In this document: positions 45,860-53,329 of the stretch, piece after piece
How the letters are laid out: every line of letters starts with the position of its first letter
How positions within the stretch are numbered: position 1 is the stretch's first letter
Source of the DNA: Pseudomonadota bacterium
GTDB taxonomy: Bacteria; Pseudomonadota; Alphaproteobacteria; Rickettsiales; UBA3002
NCBI GenBank assembly: GCA_040384265.1
Contig: JAZKJM010000003.1
Location: forward strand, 286,711-350,710
Reading direction: 5' to 3'
Length of the DNA: 64,000 nt
Notes under the pieces: model-generated
Seen by the model: only the letters and a program-made list of their open reading frames with translations
Databases searched by the model: none
Told to the model about the DNA's origin: nothing
Position numbers and translations under genes: made by a program

Positions 45860-47554
45860 TTACCTGTCGGATGGATCGTTCCATTTGTTGGGGTCGGCCA
45901 TGAAGTTCAGGAAGCGCCGCTGCACGCCCACGGGACGGATCTGGCCGCCGTTCACGTTCACGCCCAGCTCCTCGCCATCATTGCTGCCTTTGGTGTTGGG
46001 TTTGCCGCTGAGGCGGCCGGTTGTCATGGCCGATAACCCATCCTTGATGCCCTGCGCGGTGGTGGAAAGGCCGTTGCGGTTTTGCTCGCGGTTGACGCCG
46101 CGATTATAGCCCTCGGCAAAGTCGCTGATCTGGCCTTCGCCTGGCATTTGCACCACAGATACGCCCATCGGGTTATAGCCGCCGCCCAACTGCGGTGCAT
46201 AGCTTGCCATGCTGCTGGCCAGTTTCTGGGCGAGCGACGGCAGCAGTTTCAGCACGCGCTCGACAACAAAAGCGAGCAGCAGCAGCGACATAATGCCCTG
46301 GCAGGCGAACTCGATCAGGGTATTGGTCGTGGGGTTCTGGCCGGGGGTGGGCGTGGTTGGTGGGGCGGCGGCGAACAGGATCTTGATCGGCAGGGGTGGA
46401 TCAGTTTTACAGATGAGCTCGCCGCGGGTGAGGTAGTTGGGTGAGCTGGAGGTGATCTCGGGCGAGTCGAGCGCGCATTGCGATGGGTGGCCCGGTGTGG
46501 GGGCGGTGCGGGTGCAGGTGCTGCCATCCACCACCTTGAAATCGCACAGGGTGCAATATTGCCATGGCATGCGGCGCGCGGTGCCTTCGTGTGTTTCCTC
46601 GTTATAGACAATGATGTTACTGACATTGCTCACCAGGCTTGACACATCGAGCATGAAAATAAAGGCGATGAAGCTGAACAGGATCACCATCTGCAAGGTG
46701 AAGGAGATGAGGTAGCCCAACCATTTTTCGAAAAAGGAGCGGGTGACCTGGAAGAGATAGAACGTGACGAAGAAAGGCGACAAGGTGAGCAGGAACGTGA
46801 TGCCGACAATCGCGTAGATATAGCCAAACACGGCGCGCAGGAAGGTGAGGGCGATGCGCGCCAGCAGCAGCAATCCGAGATAGGTGATCATCGGGAAGGC
46901 GAGGCTCATGGTGGCCATGACGGCGAAGATGGCGTTTTTGCAGGTCTCGGGGCCGGTGGTACCATTCATGCCATCCGTGGCCATATGGAAGGCGGTGTTG
47001 AGGAACCCATCCAGATGCTCATAAACCTGCGCGCCGTTGGCATAAGCACCGCCAATGCCGCCGAGTGCGGTGGCGACACCATCCTGCACCCCGCCGATCA
47101 ACAGCGCGTAGCCATAGTTGATGATGATATCGGCATTGGTGGCGAAGGCGGTCACAAAGGCAATTTTGAGCAGGAAGGTAACCGCGTCGCGCCCGGTGGC
47201 GGGGATGACGCCAACCAGCAGCCCGGCGCCAAAGAGCGTCACCGAAAGGGTCGCTGCTGCCCACACGGCTGGGGTGAGCGTGTTGATCATGCCGCAATAC
47301 ATGCTGCCCATCAGGTTGCTCGACAGCTGCTCCATGTTGCAGACGAGGAAGGAGAACAGGTTATCCATGTTGAGCGTGGTGGGGCAGGAGCTGCCGGAGT
47401 TAAACAGCTGGCCGGTGGCCTGCCCGTTCGAGCAGCTATAGTCGCCGACCGTCCCCATGCCTTGCGCAAATGCGTGGTCGGCAAACAGGGTGAGCCCGCT
47501 GGCGACCAGTACCACAGCAAAAAGAATAGAACCCATGCGCGGCAGAATGCTCAT
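45860..47554 (-). CDS. virB6: type IV secretion protein VirB6/TrbL family with long hydrophilic C-terminal extension
   Basis: 564 aa. Signal-like N-terminus, then a polytopic TM core, then about 150 C-terminal residues that are Gly/Asn/Gln-rich and non-membrane. Start overlaps the virB4 stop (ATGA). Confidence 0.75.
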   Translation of the reverse strand: MSILPRMGSILFAVVLVASGLTLFADHAFAQGMGTVGDYSCSNGQATGQLFNSGSSCPTTLNMDNLFSFLVCNMEQLSSNLMGSMYCGMINTLTPAVWAAATLSVTLFGAGLLVGVIPATGRDAVTFLLKIAFVTAFATNADIIINYGYALLIGGVQDGVATALGGIGGAYANGAQVYEHLDGFLNTAFHMATDGMNGTTGPETCKNAIFAVMATMSLAFPMITYLGLLLLARIALTFLRAVFGYIYAIVGITFLLTLSPFFVTFYLFQVTRSFFEKWLGYLISFTLQMVILFSFIAFIFMLDVSSLVSNVSNIIVYNEETHEGTARRMPWQYCTLCDFKVVDGSTCTRTAPTPGHPSQCALDSPEITSSSPNYLTRGELICKTDPPLPIKILFAAAPPTTPTPGQNPTTNTLIEFACQGIMSLLLLAFVVERVLKLLPSLAQKLASSMASYAPQLGGGYNPMGVSVVQMPGEGQISDFAEGYNRGVNREQNRNGLSTTAQGIKDGLSAMTTGRLSGKPNTKGSNDGEELGVNVNGGQIRPVGVQRRFLNFMADPNKWNDPSDR

Positions 47555-49932
47555 ACGGCGTGTTTTGTGTACCCCATCAGGTTGGCGAGTGTATCCGCTG
47601 GCGAAACGGCAGGGTTCGATGCGCCTGCAAGGGTCAGCATGGTTTGTGGTGGCAGGGCGAGGCGCATCTTGATGACGACGGCTTCGTTGCCGCGCTTTTG
47701 CAGGATATGGTGGGCTTTTTTGTCGATATAGCCCAGCGTCGCCACTTCCTGCGCGCTCAGGCCGAAGCCCATGCTGTAGCCGCTATCGGGGCTGCGGTCG
47801 GGCATCGCGAAAATGGTCGCGGCTTTGGCGGCGATGGTGGCAGTGAAGGGGCTTGCGGCGCTGGCCTCGATCGCATCGGTGGTGAGGATGGCGGCGGCGT
47901 TGTTCTGGGCCAGATAGTCGCACCAGCCGCCGGCGCGCGGGCCGAAGAGCGGGGTATCGAGAATGGCGAAGGCCTCGTCGAGCACCATGAGGGTAGGGGA
48001 CTGGTTGAGCGCCCCGGTGAGCCGGTGCAGCAGGTAGCCGGCGAGCGGCACGCGGGCGGCGGGGTCCGCCATCCAGCGGCTGATGTCCCATGCAGTTAGT
48101 TTGCCGGGGGCGAAGGTGTCTTGCGGCATGTCGAACAGGTCGCCATAGATGCCGCCGCTGGCATAGCGGGCGACGGTGGCGGCGAGCAGGCCATCGGCCT
48201 CGCGGATGATGGGGATCATGGCGCTGATGCGGCGCTGCTCACGTGGCATTTGCAGCATCCGGTCGATGACCGACTGGAAATAGGACAGCGAGCTGCGGTT
48301 GAGCTGGGCGCCGGTTGGGTCGATCAAGGTCGAGAGCCAGAGCGCGAGGAACTCGCGGTTGGCTGGGGTTTCGGCGAGATGGAAGGGATTGAGCATGCAG
48401 GAAGCGGTGCCGGGGGTGACGACGCTGCCACCCATGGCCTGCATGAACGGCCCGGCGCGGCCATGGGCGTCGAGATACCAGATGGATGCCGACATTTTGC
48501 GGGCTTGGGCGAGCAGGAAATGGGTGAAGGTGGTGCGCCCGCTGCCGGGGTTGCCAAGGATGATGGTGTGGCCGGAACCGTCGCGCTGGAAATTGAAAAA
48601 ATACGGCGCGTCCTGCACGGTGGTGAAGACGCTCAGCGGCGGCCCCCAGGGCGAGCCGGCGGCGTTGCCCATGGGTGCTGCCTGCAGGTTGACGAACCCG
48701 GCGAGATGGTCGGTATCAACGGCGTTTTTGCGGCTGATGAAGGTGAAGTTAGCGGGCAGTTGCGCCCAGTAGCATTCCTCGAACCGCAAATCCTCGCGGA
48801 TGACGACCATGCCGAGGCGGTTGAGCGCGCGCTGCACCATGCGCAGGTTGGATTCCAGCTGGTTGACGCCCGGCGCGATCAGGAAAATGCTGGTCTGTTG
48901 CTCGCCGAAGGCCTGTGCGCCGTCGCGTGTGATGTCGGAAAGCCGGTCGATTTCCATCCATTCGGCCAGTTGGGTGTCGCCGCTATAGGTGAGGTAGCGG
49001 GCCTGTTTTTCGTAGGCCTCGCGGGCGATGTCGGCGCCGGTGAAATCGAAGCACTGGCTGATGATGACCTCGCAGGGAATTTCGAGGAATTTATCGATCC
49101 CGGCGAGGGTGGATTCCTTATATTCCTTGAGGGTCAGGATGGCTGCGAAGCGTCGGTGGCCCTCGGCGGTGCGCACTTCCATGGCGTTGTAGCCAAAGGT
49201 GATGTCGCCGCTGGTGAGCACATGCGACAGGTCGCGCATCGGCAGCGGCATCGGGCGTTCTTCGAGGTTGATGAGCTTTTCGAGGAATTCGAGCTGCTCG
49301 CTATAGAAGATACCCTTGCGCTCAACCACGGTGAGCAGGCGCGCGCCGAAGGGGCGCAGCATCGTCACCATGGCATTGACGACGGTGCTTAGCGCGCGCA
49401 ACTGCTCCTGCATAGCGGCCGTGCGCTCGATGGAGGTGCGTTTGGGCAGGAGGCCTTTGGCGAGCAATTTGCCGTTGGCCAGTGCCAACGATCCGCTGGC
49501 GCGCACAATGGTGACATAGAGCTCGTTGACATACATGGTGGAGGCGGGCTGCATGGTGCGCCATGCCTCATCGATTTTACCACTGAACTGGTCAGGAAAA
49601 TGGGTGCGGGCGGCGGCGGCCTGCTTGCGGCGCAAAGTATGCAGCCAGATGGCGTACGAGGCATCGGGGATGGCTTCGCGGATGGCGGTGCGGATGGAGG
49701 CGCGCAGGTCGCCCTCGCTTTGGGCATCGAACCCGAGGCCGGTGATTTTGATGGTCTGCATCAGTTCGCCGTCCTTGGTGGCGATGCTGTCTTTGTCGAA
49801 CAGACAGGCATAGGGGACGAAATCGGATTCGATGACATCATCGGCGATGTCGGTCAGGGCTTCGAGCTCCTTGGCGGTGATGCCTTCGGATTTCTTCGCG
49901 CGCTTTAGCAGGGATTTTTTCAGTGCGGCCAT
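47551..49932 (-). CDS. virB4: type IV secretion ATPase VirB4
   Basis: Start at MAALKKSLL (49932). Walker A ILGNPGSGRTT, Walker B LMVLDEAF. About 790 aa, typical of VirB4, with no VirB3-like TM segment at the N-terminus. Confidence 0.9.
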   Translation of the reverse strand: MAALKKSLLKRAKKSEGITAKELEALTDIADDVIESDFVPYACLFDKDSIATKDGELMQTIKITGLGFDAQSEGDLRASIRTAIREAIPDASYAIWLHTLRRKQAAAARTHFPDQFSGKIDEAWRTMQPASTMYVNELYVTIVRASGSLALANGKLLAKGLLPKRTSIERTAAMQEQLRALSTVVNAMVTMLRPFGARLLTVVERKGIFYSEQLEFLEKLINLEERPMPLPMRDLSHVLTSGDITFGYNAMEVRTAEGHRRFAAILTLKEYKESTLAGIDKFLEIPCEVIISQCFDFTGADIAREAYEKQARYLTYSGDTQLAEWMEIDRLSDITRDGAQAFGEQQTSIFLIAPGVNQLESNLRMVQRALNRLGMVVIREDLRFEECYWAQLPANFTFISRKNAVDTDHLAGFVNLQAAPMGNAAGSPWGPPLSVFTTVQDAPYFFNFQRDGSGHTIILGNPGSGRTTFTHFLLAQARKMSASIWYLDAHGRAGPFMQAMGGSVVTPGTASCMLNPFHLAETPANREFLALWLSTLIDPTGAQLNRSSLSYFQSVIDRMLQMPREQRRISAMIPIIREADGLLAATVARYASGGIYGDLFDMPQDTFAPGKLTAWDISRWMADPAARVPLAGYLLHRLTGALNQSPTLMVLDEAFAILDTPLFGPRAGGWCDYLAQNNAAAILTTDAIEASAASPFTATIAAKAATIFAMPDRSPDSGYSMGFGLSAQEVATLGYIDKKAHHILQKRGNEAVVIKMRLALPPQTMLTLAGASNPAVSPADTLANLMGYTKHAV

Positions 49933-50000
49933 GCTGACTCGTGTAAACCGATGGACGGGTGACGTGTGAGAATAAAGGCGATCGGTAATCAAACGATGAA

Positions 50001-50078
50001 AGTGGCGCTACCCTTCCCGCAGGAAGGGTAGCGCCACTATTCTTAGGCTAGCCGGCATGGGTTCACCATGCCGGCTAG
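50001..50078 (-). terminator. two tandem perfect stem-loops between virB2 and virB4 (putative attenuator or RNA stability element)
   Basis: AGTGGCGCTACCCTTCC-CGCA-GGAAGGGTAGCGCCACT has a 17-bp stem (50001-50038). CTAGCCGGCATGG-GTTCA-CCATGCCGGCTAG has a 13-bp stem (50048-50078). Downstream on the transcript is UUCAUCGUUUGAUU, which is only partly U-rich. Confidence 0.5.
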
Positions 50079-50093
50079 GGTTAAGCGCCGTTA

Positions 50094-50465
50094 TTAGGTG
50101 CTCAGCCCGCTGAAGGTAGTCGTCCCGCAGGCGGTGGCACCACCGAGCGATTTTACGATCGACGGTGCACCGAAGATAACGCCAACGCCGAGGCCGACGA
50201 TGATCGCCATACCCCACGACACTTTACCCATCAACGCGCCAACGCCGATGACGATGATCGCGAGGGTCGCGATACCGGCACCGATTGGGCCCTGGAACCA
50301 GCTGACGACGGCGCAGAGCACAGCGGAAAGCGCAGTGCCCGAGCCATCAGTCGTTGTCCCGGTTGCTGCCAGTGCGTCCATAGGAACCATGGTGGCCATG
50401 GTGCAGACTGCCAGCATGACCCATGCCAGCGACGTCATATGATCTTTGTTCAAGGTTAGTTTCAT
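50094..50465 (-). CDS. virB2: type IV secretion pilin VirB2/TrbC family, copy 1
   Basis: Start at MKLTLNKDHMTSLAWVMLAVCTMATMVPMDALA (signal peptide), with GGAG upstream of ATG 50465. The mature part has two hydrophobic helices (GIATLAIIVIGVGALMG, MAIIVGLGVGVIFGA) in the VirB2 topology. Confidence 0.75.
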   Translation of the reverse strand: MKLTLNKDHMTSLAWVMLAVCTMATMVPMDALAATGTTTDGSGTALSAVLCAVVSWFQGPIGAGIATLAIIVIGVGALMGKVSWGMAIIVGLGVGVIFGAPSIVKSLGGATACGTTTFSGLST

Positions 50466-50555
50466 AGTCAACACTCCATCTGTTTCGTTATCCAGATAAC
50501 CGCGGGATTTTGGTCCCTTCACTGTTACGATTATTCCGTCATTTGACAGTATCAC

Positions 50556-50588
50556 AGTTTTGTTACAGTTTTGTTACGGTTTTGTGAC
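50556..50588. promoter_or_regulatory. three tandem 11-bp direct repeats upstream of virB2 copy 1
   Basis: AGTTTTGTTAC AGTTTTGTTAC GGTTTTGTGAC, located 91-123 nt upstream of the virB2 ATG. The inverted repeat TTACCAC-AGATAG-GTGGTAA lies ~40 nt further upstream. Confidence 0.45.
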
Positions 50589-50999
50589 AATTGTCATCAA
50601 ATCGTCATTATTTTTACTGGGATGTTATACATAATTACCACAGATAGGTGGTAAAAACGGGCCGTTTTTGTCGGGGTATTGACCAATCAATATAATGATT
50701 TATATGTGTATTTTGTTTCACTGATTGGGTCAGCGCCCCTTGGGGCTGGCCGTGGGGCGGTTTACCGGCTAATTAATATATCGCCTGCCATATTTCATTA
50801 ATATCGCAGTCTATCTTAATTTTTGAGCGATTCGGGTGCGCCATCCATAGAAAAAGAATATAAATCATATAAAGCAATATAATAAGCATATTTTCAGCTG
50901 TATTTTACCTTGGGACATCTGCGCCAGATGCGTTGCAATCCCACGACCTGCCATTATTTAATACAGGGCAAGCACGGCCAACGTTTACCAAGGAGACTT

Positions 51000-51024
51000 A
51001 TGACGACCCTCGCCACGAAATTGA
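51000..51024 (+). pseudogene. orphan 5' fragment of ridA (RBS plus first 8 codons) at the duplication junction
   Basis: AGGAG-N4-ATGACGACCCTCGCCACGAAATTGA matches the start of ridA at 52175 with one mismatch. It then fuses to antisense virB4 sequence and could encode only an 18-aa peptide, MTTLATKLSRSGLRAPWR. Confidence 0.8.
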
Positions 51025-51108
51025 GTCGGTCAGGGCTTCGAGCTCCTTGGCGGTGATGCCTTCGGATTTCTTCGCGCGCTTTAGCAGGGATTTTTTCAGT
51101 GCGGCCAT
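51025..51108 (-). pseudogene. duplicated 5' fragment of virB4 (first 28 codons)
   Basis: Identical to 49849-49932. The reading frame continues across the junction for 8 codons (SISWRGSS) and then stops. Confidence 0.8.
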
Positions 51109-51176
51109 GCTGACTCGTGTAAACCGATGGACGGGTGACGTGTGAGAATAAAGGCGATCGGTAATCAAACGATGAA

Positions 51177-51254
51177 AGTGGCGCTACCCTTCCCGCAGGA
51201 AGGGTAGCGCCACTATTCTTAGGCTAGCCGGCATGGGTTCACCATGCCGGCTAG
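51177..51254 (-). terminator. duplicate of the two tandem stem-loops downstream of virB2 copy 2
   Basis: Identical to 50001-50078 at an offset of 1176. Confidence 0.5.
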
Positions 51255-51269
51255 GGTTAAGCGCCGTTA

Positions 51270-51641
51270 TTAGGTGCTCAGCCCGCTGAAGGTAGTCGTC
51301 CCGCAGGCGGTGGCACCACCGAGCGATTTTACGATCGACGGTGCACCGAAGATAACGCCAACGCCGAGGCCGACGATGATCGCCATACCCCACGACACTT
51401 TACCCATCAACGCGCCAACGCCGATGACGATGATCGCGAGGGTCGCGATACCGGCACCGATTGGGCCCTGGAACCAGCTGACGACGGCGCAGAGCACAGC
51501 GGAAAGCGCAGTGCCCGAGCCATCAGTCGTTGTCCCGGTTGCTGCCAGTGCGTCCATAGGAACCATGGTGGCCATGGTGCAGACTGCCAGCATGACCCAT
51601 GCCAGCGACGTCATATGATCTTTGTTCAAGGTTAGTTTCAT
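51270..51641 (-). CDS. virB2: type IV secretion pilin VirB2/TrbC family, copy 2 (identical to copy 1)
   Basis: Nucleotide-identical to 50094-50465. Confidence 0.75.
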   Translation of the reverse strand: MKLTLNKDHMTSLAWVMLAVCTMATMVPMDALAATGTTTDGSGTALSAVLCAVVSWFQGPIGAGIATLAIIVIGVGALMGKVSWGMAIIVGLGVGVIFGAPSIVKSLGGATACGTTTFSGLST

Positions 51642-51731
51642 AGTCAACACTCCATCTGTTTCGTTATCCAGATAACCGCGGGATTTTGGTCCCTTCACTG
51701 TTACGATTATTCCGTCATTTGACAGTATCAC

Positions 51732-51764
51732 AGTTTTGTTACAGTTTTGTTACGGTTTTGTGAC
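51732..51764. promoter_or_regulatory. three tandem 11-bp direct repeats upstream of virB2 copy 2
   Basis: Identical to 50556-50588. Confidence 0.45.
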
Positions 51765-52109
51765 AATTGTCATCAAATCGTCATTATTTTTACTGGGATG
51801 TTATACATAATTACCACAGATAGGTGGTAAAAACGGGCCGTTTTTGTCGGTGCGTTGTCTAGTTAACATAATGATTCATATTTATATATTTCTCTATTGA
51901 GCGGATCGGCATCCCTTGGGGTGGCCGTGGGGCAGTTTGTGGGACAATTAATATATTGGCTGTCATATTTTATTAATATCTGGACCAATATTAATTTTTT
52001 TGACGATTCGGGCGGCCAATCTATAGAAAAAGAACTTAAATTATATAAAGCAATGAATTGATCGCATTCTTTGGCTGTGTTTTGCCTTGGGACATTTGTG
52101 CCAGATGCG

Positions 52110-52138
52110 TTGCAATCCCTCGCCCTGTCATTTAATAC
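52110..52138 (+). promoter_or_regulatory. candidate sigma70-type promoter of ridA
   Basis: TTGCAA-17 nt-TAATAC, ending 37 nt upstream of the ridA ATG. The TTGCAATCCC block is one of the conserved islands between the two diverged repeat arms. Confidence 0.3.
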
Positions 52139-52174
52139 AGGGGCAGCCATCCCACGTTTTACCATGGAGTACTT

Positions 52175-52642
52175 ATGACGACCCTCGCCGCGAAATTGAA
52201 GGAATTGAGCATCACGCTGCCGGAAGTCAGCTTGCCAGCGGCCAATTATGTGCCCTGCGTGATTGCGGGCAACACACTCTATGTATCCGGCCAGCTGCCG
52301 ATGGAAGGCGGCAAGCCGCAGTTTATCGGCAAGGTCGGCCGTGAGTTCAGCATCGAGGAAGGGCAGGCCTGCGCGCGGCTCTGCACTATCAATGTGCTGG
52401 CGCATGTCAGCAAAATCCTTGGCGGCGACCTGTCGCGCATCAGCAAGCTGATCCGCCTGGGCGTGTTCGTCAATGCGCCGGACGATTTTACCGATCACCC
52501 GAAAGTGGCCAATGGCGCGTCGGACATGATGGTGGAGTTGATGGGCGATGCCGGGAAACACGCGCGCTTCGCGGTCGGTGTTTCGGGCCTGCCGTTTGGC
52601 GTTGCGGTGGAAGTGGATGCGACCTTCGAGCTGAAGGCTTAA
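52175..52642 (+). CDS. ridA: RidA/YjgF/L-PSP family protein
   Basis: 155 aa. Architecture and blocks (NTLYVSGQLP, RFAVGVSGLPFGVAVEVDA) are typical of the Rid family. Confidence 0.8.
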   Translation: MTTLAAKLKELSITLPEVSLPAANYVPCVIAGNTLYVSGQLPMEGGKPQFIGKVGREFSIEEGQACARLCTINVLAHVSKILGGDLSRISKLIRLGVFVNAPDDFTDHPKVANGASDMMVELMGDAGKHARFAVGVSGLPFGVAVEVDATFELKA

Positions 52643-52645
52643 GTG

Positions 52646-52873
52646 ATGACCGACGCGATCAAGCAGGCGCTGGCGGCAGTACATGCGTCGCTGCATGGCA
52701 ATAATGTCGGCCTCGATGCGGCGATTGCCGGATTGAAAGAGGCGCTCGCTGCCGCCGGTGAGAAGTCAGTGCAGATGGAAAAAGAAGGCCTGCCGCAGAA
52801 TAACCGTCAGGGCCGCAAAATGCTGCAGACCTATTTCAAGAAGCGCGGCGTGGTTGTGGTTTTTGCTGAGTAA
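52646..52873 (+). CDS. small hypothetical protein (75 aa)
   Basis: Starts 1-4 nt after the ridA stop (GTG 52643 or ATG 52646). Its stop overlaps the EVE gene start (TAATG). Helical Ala-rich N-terminal half and a basic tail. No family recognised. Confidence 0.5.
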   Translation: MTDAIKQALAAVHASLHGNNVGLDAAIAGLKEALAAAGEKSVQMEKEGLPQNNRQGRKMLQTYFKKRGVVVVFAE

Positions 52874-53286
52874 TGCGGTACTGGCTCTTTAAATCCGAAC
52901 CTTCGACCTGGAGTTGGGCGCAGATGGTGGCTGCTGGCCCTGCTGGCACGCATTGGAACGGGGTGCGCAACCACCTTGCCAAGCAGCAGATGATGGCGAT
53001 GGCGGTCGGCGATCGCGGGTTTTTCTACCATTCCAATGAGGGTAAGGAGATTGTCGGCATCGTCGAGGTGATCCGCGACTATTATCCCGACCCGAGCGAT
53101 GCGACGGGTAAGTTCGTGATGGTGGATGTGAAAGCCGTGATGCCGCTTGCAAAACCGGTGACGTTGGCGGATGTGAAGGCTACGCCTGCACTTGCGGCCA
53201 TGTCGCTTGTGACCTCGGCGCGGTTATCGGTGCAGCCGGTGACGGCGGCGGAGTGGAAGCGGGTATGTGCGATGGGCGGGTTATAA
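52873..53286 (+). CDS. EVE (PUA-like) domain protein
   Basis: 137 aa. MRYWLFKSEPSTWSW and GDRGFFYHSNEGKEIVGIVEV are hallmark EVE-domain blocks. Confidence 0.8.
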   Translation: MRYWLFKSEPSTWSWAQMVAAGPAGTHWNGVRNHLAKQQMMAMAVGDRGFFYHSNEGKEIVGIVEVIRDYYPDPSDATGKFVMVDVKAVMPLAKPVTLADVKATPALAAMSLVTSARLSVQPVTAAEWKRVCAMGGL

Positions 53287-53329
53287 GAGCCCTCCCTCGA
53301 AATCCGCGTAGCAGATCCATAGGAGTGAT

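Larger units (their letters stand above)
49849..50674. repeat. 826-bp perfect direct repeat, copy A (virB4 codons 1-28, leader, two hairpins, virB2, virB2 upstream region)
   Basis: Read base by base against 51025-51850 at an offset of 1176. Three ORF-track translations in the two copies are identical. Confidence 0.9.
51025..51850. repeat. 826-bp perfect direct repeat, copy B
   Basis: Identical to 49849-50674 at an offset of 1176. Confidence 0.9.

Noticed and set aside
50008-50217. 69-aa ORF (and its identical twin at 51184-51393) overlapping the 3' end of virB2 and the two stem-loops.
   Set aside because: It is out of frame with the pilin gene, runs through the hairpins, has an Arg-rich improbable product and no RBS. 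It is duplicated only because it lies inside the 826-bp repeat.
50556-50588. CRISPR-like array (short tandem repeats near the T4SS).
   Set aside because: There are only three contiguous 11-bp units with no spacers. No CRISPR-type repeat-spacer periodicity exists anywhere in the window, and there are no cas genes.
50933-51145. 70-aa plus-strand ORF spanning the duplication junction.
   Set aside because: It is a chimeric reading frame through promoter DNA, the ridA 5' fragment and antisense virB4, with a non-ATG start. It is a by-product of the junction, not a gene.
40035-51641. The T4SS locus as an integrative conjugative element.
   Set aside because: No integrase, relaxase, oriT, replication/partition genes or tRNA-linked att repeats lie at the borders. 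Composition is similar to the flanks.
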